Below, in pieces: positions 1-7,357 of a stretch of 41,111 nt of DNA. Made by a program: the position numbers and the translations under genes. The stretch is from a virus (taxonomy: Duplodnaviria > Caudoviricetes). The notes beneath the pieces are model-generated. The model saw only the letters and a program-made list of their open reading frames with translations. It had not been told where the DNA came from and did no database searches. The stretch is taken from IMG/VR virus record IMGVR_UViG_3300027808_000061, positions 1 through 41,111 of that record; one strand, written 5' to 3'. Every line of letters begins with the position of its first letter. Position 1 is the stretch's first letter.

Positions 1-27
1 CCATTGGTTCACCATCGAGGAGGACGC

Positions 28-129
28 ATGAGCACCGCAGCCATGCTCCAGGAGGGGCCGTACGTGGCACAGGAGCCACGGAGAGACACGCTAGCGCACC
101 CCCCCTGTGTCCTACCCCGCCCCACCTAG
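28..129 (+). CDS. possible 33-aa peptide
   Basis: GAGGAGG then ATG at 28; ATGA overlap with an upstream frame ending ...HWFTIEEDA* at 31, as in other early genes. Short, no recognisable motif. Confidence 0.2.
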   Translation: MSTAAMLQEGPYVAQEPRRDTLAHPPCVLPRPT

Positions 130-242
130 CAGCGCCTCCCGATGCCAGAATCGACCAGCCTCGCACCCCCATGTCGGGCGTATCGACCAGCCCAAGACTC
201 GACCAGCCCGACAGCACCGGCCAGCAGCTCGACGGACTTACT

Positions 243-273
243 CCGGCACCCGCCTGGGGGAGAGTGAAGGGAG
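243..273 (+). repeat. 31-bp direct repeat, copy 1 (copy 2 at 1082-1112)
   Basis: CCGGCACCCGCCTGGGGGAGAGTGAAGGGAG vs CCGGCACCCGCCAGGGGGAGAGTGAAGGGAG, 30/31 identical. Confidence 0.9.
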
Positions 274-297
274 CCTTTGGGGAGAGTCGAGACAAAG

Positions 298-329
298 AGA
301 GACCCCCGCCACACTGGGCGGGGGTCTCT
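298..329 (-). terminator. hairpin terminator downstream of the 353..955 gene
   Basis: Perfect 13-bp stem AGAGACCCCCGCC-acactg-GGCGGGGGTCTCT, followed on the - strand by CTTTGTC (weak U tract), about 25 nt after the stop. Confidence 0.65.
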
Positions 330-352
330 GTCCCTGCTAGGGCTGCTAGGTG

Positions 353-955
353 CTAAATGCCGTCGACCTCGTCTCGAATGGTGCTGGCAGCCGTCTCGAT
401 CTCGTCGATCAGACTGCCAACACTCGACAGCGTGTCCCTGATCTCGTCTCTGACCTCGTCTCTGATCTCTTCCTCGATCTCTTCCCTGATCTCATCCCTG
501 ACCTGATCACGGAGATCATCCGCCAAGTTCGATACGAACGCTTCACGCCACTGGTGCGGCAGCAGCCACTCGACCAGCGCCACCATCACGGAGTCCTGAA
601 CGCTGACCCGACCCCGCAGTCTGTCCGTAGTCTCTCGCACCAAGTCGAGCGCACCCGACCCGTAAGAGTTGCCGAAATCGTGCGAGTTCGCGTCGAGCCT
701 CGCACCCAAGTGTCGAGCGATCTCCGCCACGACCTCAGCAGCCAGCGCACCGCCAGCCTTGAAACTCTCGACCTCACGGGTCAGGTTCCCGATCTCTGCG
801 CCCGTGTTGCTGACCACGTTCGCCAACGTGGTGCGCAGCGTGTCGACCGTGTCGACCGTCTCAGCCTGTGGTGCCACTGTTGCCAGACTGGCAACCTGTG
901 GCTTGGTCAGAATCTCGACCATGTCCGTCGACTTCGTGTCGCACTGTTCACACAT
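353..955 (-). CDS. hypothetical acidic helical protein with [DE]-E-[IV]-R tetrapeptide repeats
   Basis: 200-aa ORF with its own promoter, purine-rich RBS (GAAGGGG) and terminator; N-terminal CxxC. Confidence 0.75.
   Translation of the reverse strand: MCEQCDTKSTDMVEILTKPQVASLATVAPQAETVDTVDTLRTTLANVVSNTGAEIGNLTREVESFKAGGALAAEVVAEIARHLGARLDANSHDFGNSYGSGALDLVRETTDRLRGRVSVQDSVMVALVEWLLPHQWREAFVSNLADDLRDQVRDEIREEIEEEIRDEVRDEIRDTLSSVGSLIDEIETAASTIRDEVDGI
440..520. repeat. 12-bp tandem repeat, about 6.5 copies, coding
   Basis: gatctcgtctct gacctcgtctct gatctcttcctc gatctcttccct gatctcatccct gacctgatcacg gagatcatc; encodes DQVR DEIR EEIE EEIR DEVR DEIR on the - strand. Confidence 0.85.
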
Positions 956-1019
956 CTCGTGTACCCCTTCCGATCATGTCGAGCGCCTCCCCTAGCAGGA
1001 ACGCTGACCCGACACCCAG

Positions 1020-1049
1020 AGACTAGGACACCCCCGCCAGCCATGTCAA
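1020..1049 (-). promoter_or_regulatory. sigma70-type promoter, leftward
   Basis: TTGACA (1049-1044), 18 bp, TAGTCT (1025-1020), upstream of 353..955. Confidence 0.7.
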
Positions 1050-1081
1050 TAGCCCAGCCGTAGCAGCTTGAACGGCCTCCC

Positions 1082-1112
1082 CCGGCACCCGCCAGGGGGA
1101 GAGTGAAGGGAG
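1082..1112 (+). repeat. 31-bp direct repeat, copy 2
   Basis: Matches 243-273; lies between the two divergent promoters. Confidence 0.9.
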
Positions 1113-1124
1113 AGGCGGGGAGCC

Positions 1125-1154
1125 TTGACACCCTGCGTAGGGCTCCCATAGACT
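1125..1154 (+). promoter_or_regulatory. sigma70-type early promoter, rightward
   Basis: TTGACA (1125-1130), 18 bp, TAGACT (1149-1154). Confidence 0.75.
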
Positions 1155-1206
1155 CACCCCAGCGGCTGCCACTGTGGGAGCCGCAACAGGTCAGGAGGCT
1201 AGAACC

Positions 1207-1527
1207 ATGACGGACAGGGAATACAACGGGTGGACTAACTGGGAGACGTGGAGCGTCGCGCTGTACGTCGGAGAGGGAGTAATCGACGAGGACACAATCC
1301 GCGACGCAGTCAAGGAGCACGAGGGAGACGCTTACGCCGTGGGGCAGTGGGTGCGCGACCGCGTCGAGGAGTACGTCGAGGAGACGCTCGACCAGCACTA
1401 CGAAGGGGGGCTTGCGGCTCACTTCGCTCGCGGTTGTCTCGGCTCCGTCGACTGGTACTCGATAGGCTCCCACTATGTCGCGGACTACGCGCCAGAAGCG
1501 GAAGAGTCCGAAGGCGGCGAGTCATGA
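1207..1527 (+). CDS. conserved acidic phage early protein (YNGWTNWETW motif, DUF7249-like)
   Basis: AGGAGG RBS before ATG 1207; N-terminal YNGWTNWETWSVALY matches a motif I recognise from many phage hypothetical proteins. Confidence 0.8.
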   Translation: MTDREYNGWTNWETWSVALYVGEGVIDEDTIRDAVKEHEGDAYAVGQWVRDRVEEYVEETLDQHYEGGLAAHFARGCLGSVDWYSIGSHYVADYAPEAEESEGGES

Positions 1528-1871
1528 TCGAGCCGCAGCGGTTCACCGTATCGGTGGAGTTCGAGACGCTCGACGAGGCGCTACACCTAGCCCGTGGGCT
1601 CGTCGATCAGGGGCTAGCCCCTACCGTCGACCTCGGGCTAGGGGATGACGGGGACGGGGAAGGGGACGCGCCCCCTCCCTTCGACCGTCAGGCGCGGCAC
1701 TGCGTCGACTGTGGGGCTCTGGGCTTGGGCTCGTGGGCAAGTTCACGAGGGATGCTGTGCTCCGCATGTCATGAGGCGGGGCTCCGCCCCCCCTGCGACT
1801 GCGACCAGTCAGGGAGCGGCTACTACCTGTGTCGATACTGCTTCGATGAGCAGGTAGGGGGGGAATCATGA
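1524..1871 (+). CDS. Cys-rich (Zn-finger) hypothetical protein
   Basis: ATGA overlap at 1524; CVDC, CSAC, CDC and CRYC motifs. True start lies inside the 1248..1871 ORF. Confidence 0.7.
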   Translation: MIEPQRFTVSVEFETLDEALHLARGLVDQGLAPTVDLGLGDDGDGEGDAPPPFDRQARHCVDCGALGLGSWASSRGMLCSACHEAGLRPPCDCDQSGSGYYLCRYCFDEQVGGES

Positions 1872-2026
1872 AGCGGCGCGAGCCGCTCCGCACCTCGGCG
1901 GCATGGCATGCCGAGCGCGAGGCTGAACGGCGCAGAGTCTGGCTGTGGCTGGGCATCTTCGTGGTGCTCATCGTGGGGCTGATCCTGCTGCCACCATGTA
2001 CTGGTGCTGGCGGCTTCGACTGCTAG
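1868..2026 (+). CDS. 52-aa single-TM membrane protein (not in ORF track)
   Basis: MKRREPLRTSAAWHAEREAERRRVWLWLGIFVVLIVGLILLPPCTGAGGFDC; ATGA overlap; hairpin follows. Confidence 0.7.
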   Translation: MKRREPLRTSAAWHAEREAERRRVWLWLGIFVVLIVGLILLPPCTGAGGFDC

Positions 2027-2038
2027 CGCGTTGACTTC

Positions 2039-2072
2039 GGGGGGCGGGGACTAGCACCCGCCCCCTGCTCTT
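2039..2072 (+). terminator. hairpin terminator
   Basis: GGGGGCGGG-gactagca-CCCGCCCCC followed by TGCTCTT. Confidence 0.6.
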
Positions 2073-2107
2073 ACCCCCCAAGTCCGGCAGCGTTCACGGG
2101 GAGGCTG

Positions 2108-2136
2108 TTGACAGGGGAGGCGGAGGGCTTTAAGGT
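2108..2136 (+). promoter_or_regulatory. sigma70-type early promoter
   Basis: TTGACA (2108-2113), 17 bp, TAAGGT (2131-2136); 5'-UTR hairpin GGCGGG-gacaat-CCCGCC follows. Confidence 0.7.
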
Positions 2137-2177
2137 GAGGTGAGGCGGGGACAATCCCGCCAGAAAGTGAGGGGTTT

Positions 2178-2426
2178 ATGTTCAAGGTCGAGATGTACGA
2201 CAAGCGAACTGATGAGACGGGCAAGGCTGAGATCGTGGGGATTACAACCCTCGAAGATGCGAACCGTCGAGCCGAACTGGAAGCCTACTACTGCTGCGAG
2301 ACGCTGCTCGGGGAGTGGCAAGTGGCGGCTGAGGCGCTGGTCAACGGCAAGTACTGCGCGAGGCTCGCGCCATCAACTGGTGAGCCTGAGAGCATCACCA
2401 TCTATGTCAGGGAGGTACGGTCATGA
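2178..2426 (+). CDS. hypothetical protein
   Basis: GAGGGG RBS; first gene after promoter; coupled to next gene. Confidence 0.7.
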   Translation: MFKVEMYDKRTDETGKAEIVGITTLEDANRRAELEAYYCCETLLGEWQVAAEALVNGKYCARLAPSTGEPESITIYVREVRS

Positions 2427-2836
2427 AGATCAAGGCACTGGAACTCACACCTAAGGACGCAACGGACATCGTGATCGGGGCTATCGAGGGAGGGACGGGG
2501 TACTGGGCTGAGTGTAAGAACTACAAGTGGACTAACTGGTACCTCGATAATGGGGAGTCTCTCGACCCTAAGATGCTGCGCGACATCCCTCGCTTCGAGG
2601 TGCTGGTGCGCATCAAAGAGGATGAGGAGCAGGTTGCCCCCGAGAGAAACCCGAACGACTGGTTCGAGATCACCATCGCCAACCTCGAAGTGGGGACGGC
2701 TCTGGCGCTCGAAAGGTTCCCGCACCTGTTCAACGGGTTCAGTGGTGAGAACGGGGATGTCGAGATGGACTTAGACGCTACGGGCTGCGATGTCATCTTC
2801 CAGATGACCATCTTCGGGACGGTGGTCTATGGCTGA
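2423..2836 (+). CDS. hypothetical phage protein
   Basis: GGAGGT RBS, ATGA overlap; AIEGGTGYW and DxxGCDVIFQ..FG.VVYG motifs typical of phage early proteins. Confidence 0.8.
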   Translation: MKIKALELTPKDATDIVIGAIEGGTGYWAECKNYKWTNWYLDNGESLDPKMLRDIPRFEVLVRIKEDEEQVAPERNPNDWFEITIANLEVGTALALERFPHLFNGFSGENGDVEMDLDATGCDVIFQMTIFGTVVYG

Positions 2837-3125
2837 CAAGATCACGAAGGCTGACCTCGATCAGATGCTGCGCGGCATCAACGTGCGGCATGGGCATCCC
2901 GAGGGGACGGACAGGTACAGCGAGGGTGAGGACGGGGTAGCCCGTCCCACCATCGGCTGGTACTCCCTGACAGGGGAGTGGGGCGGGTGGAAACTTGTCC
3001 AGACAATCAACTCCGACGGTGGGCGCAGGGATGTGCTCGGCATCGGAGCAGTGCCGAAGAGGGTGATGTACTATCTCCTCAGAGCGTATAGCAGCGGCAT
3101 GGATGCCGAGAAGGGTGGTAAGTGA
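2829..3125 (+). CDS. hypothetical phage protein
   Basis: Overlapping operon gene, 98 aa. Confidence 0.75.
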   Translation: MADKITKADLDQMLRGINVRHGHPEGTDRYSEGEDGVARPTIGWYSLTGEWGGWKLVQTINSDGGRRDVLGIGAVPKRVMYYLLRAYSSGMDAEKGGK

Positions 3126-3412
3126 TGGGATGGGAGACGAACGGCAAGCCATCAGAGCCAATCGGCAATGAGTTTGTCATGTACGTCAACGCCTTCTGGA
3201 TCGAAGGTGATGTGGTCGGCGGGGTGTATGGAACCCAAGCCGAGGCACTGGACGCAGCGCGTGGTTTCATCGCAGAGATGGAGGGTATGGTGTTTGACGA
3301 TCAGTACAAGCCACTCACGCGGCTTAACGCTGCCGAACTCGAAGAGAGAATCTCAGAGCAGGATGTCGTTGGGTTTGCGCAAGTTGCGCAGCGCGAGATC
3401 CTGTTCTCATAG
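3122..3412 (+). CDS. hypothetical acidic protein
   Basis: GTGA overlap, operon tiling. Confidence 0.7.
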   Translation: MMGWETNGKPSEPIGNEFVMYVNAFWIEGDVVGGVYGTQAEALDAARGFIAEMEGMVFDDQYKPLTRLNAAELEERISEQDVVGFAQVAQREILFS

Positions 3413-3420
3413 GAGGAGTT

Positions 3421-3606
3421 ATGACAGAGAAGAAGTTTCTAGTGTTCGCAACGCGAACAACGGAGATGACAGCGGTGGTATACGCTGATTCCCTATCAGA
3501 GGCAAGGGGTATAGCCGAAGATAGTTTAGAGGTTGATTGGGAGTTTGGAGATCAGGACGATACGATCACAGAGGTTAGAGTTTATGATGAGGAGGAGGAA
3601 GCATGA
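3421..3606 (+). CDS. small acidic hypothetical protein
   Basis: AGGAGGAG RBS. Confidence 0.75.
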   Translation: MTEKKFLVFATRTTEMTAVVYADSLSEARGIAEDSLEVDWEFGDQDDTITEVRVYDEEEEA

Positions 3607-3809
3607 AGAAGAAGATGGTTGAAGTCATGGGGTTCACGTACATGGATGTGATGGCAGTGCTCGATGGCAGTGGGCATGAGGTCAGCGATCAGGAGGCTAA
3701 CGAGTTCTTGGAGAAGTACGGAGAAGACTTCCGTGATCGAGTGACAGAGGAGGGCTACGACATCCTCGACGCGCTCCTCAGCAAGTGGCTGCGTGGTCGC
3801 TATGAGTAA
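3603..3809 (+). CDS. small acidic hypothetical protein
   Basis: GGAGGA RBS, ATGA overlap. Confidence 0.75.
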   Translation: MKKKMVEVMGFTYMDVMAVLDGSGHEVSDQEANEFLEKYGEDFRDRVTEEGYDILDALLSKWLRGRYE

Positions 3810-4149
3810 GTGGAACATGGTTCACGAAGAGTATCTGGGCAGCGCGGACAGGACACTGACCATCTGGTCGGCTCCACTCGACCGCGTGATGTTCGAGGTC
3901 AACGAGCAGGGACTCAGGCACAAGTACTACCAGACGGCTAAGGAAGCCCTCGAAGGGAACTTCCCCATCGCGGATGCGTGCTACGGGTACACGATGCTGA
4001 TGTGGGAGGATCACGAGACGGACAGGTGGTTCGACCTGATCTGGGATAACCAAGACAATGAACAGATCATCTCATGCGCCCACAGGGGGACATGCGAGGA
4101 AGAGTTTCATCGAGCACAGGTCGTGCTCGGGAATGAGGAGGATTCATGA
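3802..4149 (+). CDS. hypothetical protein
   Basis: ATG 3802 overlapping the previous stop; tiles the operon. Confidence 0.7.
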   Translation: MSKWNMVHEEYLGSADRTLTIWSAPLDRVMFEVNEQGLRHKYYQTAKEALEGNFPIADACYGYTMLMWEDHETDRWFDLIWDNQDNEQIISCAHRGTCEEEFHRAQVVLGNEEDS

Positions 4150-4427
4150 GCACCATAGAGCAGCAGATCAACCAGCACGCTGACAGAATCGAGCACAAGG
4201 GATGTGAAGGGGAGATCACCAGCAACGAAGCGGTCATCATCTCGTACGACATCATCTCTGACGGGGATGGCGGATGGGAGTATGGCGGCAACAGGATCGA
4301 CGAGTACCCGTTCGATGGGACGATGGACTATCTGTTCACCTGCCGCAAGTGCGGGTGGTGGACTGAGCACTTCAATGCGGTCATCGTCGATAACCTCATG
4401 ACCGATAAACGGGATGAGAAGTCTTGA
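4146..4427 (+). CDS. acidic hypothetical protein, possible Zn ribbon
   Basis: GAGGAGG RBS, ATGA overlap; HxxC ... CxxC. Confidence 0.7.
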   Translation: MSTIEQQINQHADRIEHKGCEGEITSNEAVIISYDIISDGDGGWEYGGNRIDEYPFDGTMDYLFTCRKCGWWTEHFNAVIVDNLMTDKRDEKS

Positions 4428-4804
4428 TCGCGGCGATCTTGGCGGCTGCTCTCATCGTGGGGCAGTCGCCAATCCCTGATCGAGCCACGTGGTACGGAGC
4501 TCGATGCCCAGAAGGTGTCGTATACCTCGGGAGGACTGACACGTGCCACCCCTACCTGAAAGGCGAGGACAAGTGGTACGCAGCGGCTGGCTGGTTCCGC
4601 TACGGCATGACCCCAGTGCCACTAAGGATCACCAGCAAGACGACTGGTCGAAGCGTCATCTTGATCGTCAGGGATTTTTGCGGGGCATGCCGTCAAGGGA
4701 GGTCGATCATCGACATGAGCCCACTGGGGTTCATCGCCCTCGGCCACGACTTGGGCAAGGGTACGGACAAAGTATTTGTAAGGTACATGAGAGGTGGAAG
4801 GTAA
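4424..4804 (+). CDS. secreted RlpA-like double-psi beta-barrel protein (lytic transglycosylase/expansin-like)
   Basis: Hydrophobic N-terminus; ATWYG, YAAAG, GRSVILIVRDFCGAC and IIDMSPLGF..LG match the DPBB/RlpA pattern. Confidence 0.7.
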   Translation: MIAAILAAALIVGQSPIPDRATWYGARCPEGVVYLGRTDTCHPYLKGEDKWYAAAGWFRYGMTPVPLRITSKTTGRSVILIVRDFCGACRQGRSIIDMSPLGFIALGHDLGKGTDKVFVRYMRGGR

Positions 4805-5229
4805 TGGGTAGGGGGAGAAACTATGGTCAGGAGAACCTTGAACGGAAGTTCTGGAACAACGTGCGCGCAGCACTCGACAAGGCAAAGGAACTGGGGCATG
4901 ACCCCCAATGGATTCGAGATGACACCACAGAGGCTGCCTTCTGGTGCGACGACTGTCTCCTCTGGGGCAGGGTCGTCATGACGCTGACCCAAAGGGAGCC
5001 AGACGATACTGGCGGGAGGCTGTTGGAGGTGGCATGTACCCCCGACGCATGCCATAACAGCGAGCCTGAGTTGCACTGGAACTTCAATGAGAGTACACTA
5101 ACCCTACCAAGCATGTTTGCTGGGCTAGGGTATGAGCCGAAGGAGGTAAAAAATGGCGAACTTATCTCTCCGCACACGAAAGTCAAAGTCAAGACCCGTT
5201 CGGTCTGGAACTCGGGTCGCAAAGGATGA
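4804..5229 (+). CDS. hypothetical protein
   Basis: TAATG coupling, GAGGTGG RBS; H...CxxC...C. Confidence 0.65.
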   Translation: MGRGRNYGQENLERKFWNNVRAALDKAKELGHDPQWIRDDTTEAAFWCDDCLLWGRVVMTLTQREPDDTGGRLLEVACTPDACHNSEPELHWNFNESTLTLPSMFAGLGYEPKEVKNGELISPHTKVKVKTRSVWNSGRKG

Positions 5230-5386
5230 CGGCTCGTCGTGGACGCTATACCACCCCAAATACTCAGTCGAGCCGTGCCCAAACTGTCATCACCCAGAAG
5301 CGGACGGTGGGTTCTGTGATCCTTCCGACGGAGGATGCGGCTGGACTCGTCCAAAGACTATTTATCCGCGCAACAGCACCAGATAA
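5153..5386 (+). CDS. small Zn-ribbon protein
   Basis: Strong AAGGAGGT RBS; CPNC...C....CGW; overlaps the previous gene by 77 nt. Confidence 0.65.
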   Translation: MANLSLRTRKSKSRPVRSGTRVAKDDGSSWTLYHPKYSVEPCPNCHHPEADGGFCDPSDGGCGWTRPKTIYPRNSTR

Positions 5387-5399
5387 TGAAAGGACAGCC

Positions 5400-5474
5400 A
5401 TGAACATCATGTCGTGGGTCATCGGAGCCCTGTTTGTCTTCGCGTTCCTCGGATCATTGACGAAGCCATCATGA
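5400..5474 (+). CDS. 24-aa hydrophobic peptide
   Basis: GAAAGGA RBS; MNIMSWVIGALFVFAFLGSLTKPS; its stop overlaps the dnaB ATG (ATGA). Confidence 0.45.
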   Translation: MNIMSWVIGALFVFAFLGSLTKPS

Positions 5475-6784
5475 GCAGGACGACACCGTTCTCATCAGAG
5501 GCAGAGCGCGGCATCTTGGGTTCGATGTTGATCGACCCAACGATGTCGTCGCTTGGGGTCGAGCGGCTATCGGATGAAGACTTCTACTCGCAGGATAACC
5601 GCACAGTCTTCTTAGCCATCGCCTCTATCGTTAAGCGCGGTGGCATCCCAGACTCTGTGTCGGTGTCCGACGCGCTGTCGAAGAGCACCCCATTGGATGG
5701 GACTGGCTGGGGTTCGATGCTGTCCGACATCGTTCGGTCAGTGCCGACATCCATCAACGCACCAGAGTACATCGACATCCTTGAACGCAAGGCAGTCATG
5801 CGCTCACTCATCAGCGGAGCACACAAGATCGCAGAGATCGGCTACGGTGATAGCGACAAGGTCGACACAGCAATCGATCAGGCAGAGACCATCATCTACG
5901 GATTGAACAAGCGACGACGGGCGGAGAATGCCATCACGCTTGACCGCCTCATCCCAGAGACTATCGAGCGCATCAAGTTTATGCTCGAACACAAGGGCGA
6001 GCGGCTTGGCATACCGTCTGGGCTATCGAGCATCGACAGGATCACGGGGGGATGGCAGAAGTCAGACCTCGTCATCGTCGCAGCTCGACCGTCGGTCGGT
6101 AAGACGAGCCTCGCGCTGAACATGGCGCAGCACGCAGCAGTCAACCACGGCAAGAGCGTCGCCGTGTTCTCGTTGGAGATGAGCAAGGAGCAGTTGTCCA
6201 CTCGACTGGTGGCTGGTGTCTCTGGCATCGACATTGGGAGGATCAGAAGGGGGGACATCTACGGCATCGACATGGCGAGGATCGCTGCGTCGGCTGGGAG
6301 TCTGCTCGATGCGAAGATCATCATTGACGACACGCCAGTGGCGAGCCCGTCAGAGATCAGGGGGAGGTGCCGCAGGATCGAGTCGGAGCATGGGCTCGAC
6401 ATGATCGTGGTCGACTATCTCCAACTCATGACCGCTGACCGAATCACGAAGGACGCCAACAGGGTATCCGAGACTAGCGACATCAGCCGTGGGTTGAAGC
6501 GTCTAGCCCGTGAGATGAACGTCCCAGTGATCGCGCTGTCCCAGTTGAGTCGATCATCTGAGCATCGTGAGGGGGGACAGCCACGGCTATCTGACCTGCG
6601 AGACTCAGGTGCCATCGAGCAGGATGCGGACGTTGTCCTCATGCTGTGGCGACAGGGGCAGACAGAGATCACGCAAGAGTATGAGGATGTACGGGCAATC
6701 GTTGCCAAGCATCGGAATGGTCCGACGGGGATGGTCGAACTGTCGTTCCAGAAGTCCACGACCACATTCAGGGACAAGGAGTAG
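5471..6784 (+). CDS. dnaB: replicative DNA helicase DnaB
   Basis: N-terminal EAERGILGSML; Walker A AARPSVGKT; FSLEMS; VVDYLQLM; LSQLSR; LSDLRDSGAIEQDAD; AKHRNGPTG. Confidence 0.97.
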   Translation: MSRTTPFSSEAERGILGSMLIDPTMSSLGVERLSDEDFYSQDNRTVFLAIASIVKRGGIPDSVSVSDALSKSTPLDGTGWGSMLSDIVRSVPTSINAPEYIDILERKAVMRSLISGAHKIAEIGYGDSDKVDTAIDQAETIIYGLNKRRRAENAITLDRLIPETIERIKFMLEHKGERLGIPSGLSSIDRITGGWQKSDLVIVAARPSVGKTSLALNMAQHAAVNHGKSVAVFSLEMSKEQLSTRLVAGVSGIDIGRIRRGDIYGIDMARIAASAGSLLDAKIIIDDTPVASPSEIRGRCRRIESEHGLDMIVVDYLQLMTADRITKDANRVSETSDISRGLKRLAREMNVPVIALSQLSRSSEHREGGQPRLSDLRDSGAIEQDADVVLMLWRQGQTEITQEYEDVRAIVAKHRNGPTGMVELSFQKSTTTFRDKE

Positions 6785-6787
6785 CAG

Positions 6788-6964
6788 GTGGATCTAGAAG
6801 TCGCTACGTGCTACCTGTGTGGTGGCGCAATAGCAAACATCGACGATGTCGAAGAGATGTACGAGGAGGATCTGCTATGCGGGTCTTGCGAGCACGACGT
6901 GGCAGAGTCGATCTATGAGGATGACCTCATGGAAGATGGGATGACAGAGCAGGAGGACGACTAG
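6788..6964 (+). CDS. 58-aa extremely acidic Zn-finger protein (not in ORF track)
   Basis: AAGGAG RBS, GTG start; MDLEVATCYLCGGAIANIDDVEEMYEEDLLCGSCEHDVAESIYEDDLMEDGMTEQEDD; its stop overlaps the convergent gene's stop (CTAG). Confidence 0.7.
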   Translation: MDLEVATCYLCGGAIANIDDVEEMYEEDLLCGSCEHDVAESIYEDDLMEDGMTEQEDD

Positions 6965-7161
6965 TCCTTGCGCTTGAACTGAGCCTTGTCGAGGCGGCTC
7001 TCCTCCAAAGAAGAAAGGGGTACGGTAGGCTCACCGTACCCCACTTCTTTACCTATCAGGGATGCGTAGACGATCCCAAACTTTTTGCAATAAGATCGAA
7101 GGCTCATGCCGAGGCGAGCCGCCTCTTCGCGGAAGAACTTCTCTGGTCTATTTCTGAACAC
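6961..7161 (-). CDS. small basic protein, possible HTH
   Basis: Last gene of the leftward operon; EEAARLGMSLRSY. Confidence 0.6.
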   Translation of the reverse strand: MFRNRPEKFFREEAARLGMSLRSYCKKFGIVYASLIGKEVGYGEPTVPLSSLEESRLDKAQFKRKD

Positions 7162-7357
7162 TCTTTGCCTCGATCATCTCATCGAGCACTCCGACTGCTA
7201 GACTCAGACCATACCGGACGTTCTGTAGGTAGCGTTCCTGCATGAGGTTGGGATTACCAAGAGCCCTAATAATCTGCTCCTTTATCTCGGAGCTCGGCAA
7301 GTTCGTTCTGCCGATGATTGTTATTAGTTTGGACTTTGCGATCTGTAAATCTTCCAC
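7148..7357 (-). CDS. hypothetical protein
   Basis: 69-aa ORF tiling the operon. Confidence 0.6.
   Translation of the reverse strand: MEDLQIAKSKLITIIGRTNLPSSEIKEQIIRALGNPNLMQERYLQNVRYGLSLAVGVLDEMIEAKSVQK

Noticed and set aside
440-520. Possible CRISPR or iteron array
   Set aside because: 12-bp units without spacers, in frame within a coding sequence.
350-1063. 237-aa + strand ORF
   Set aside because: Antisense shadow of 353..955, which has the promoter, RBS and terminator.
1248-1523. N-terminal extension of the 1248..1871 ORF
   Set aside because: Arg-rich off-frame reading of the 1207..1527 gene; the real start is the ATGA at 1524.
5145-5229. Programmed frameshift at TAAAAAATG joining overlapping ORFs
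   Set aside because: The downstream ORF has its own strong SD and is in the +1 frame, not -1.
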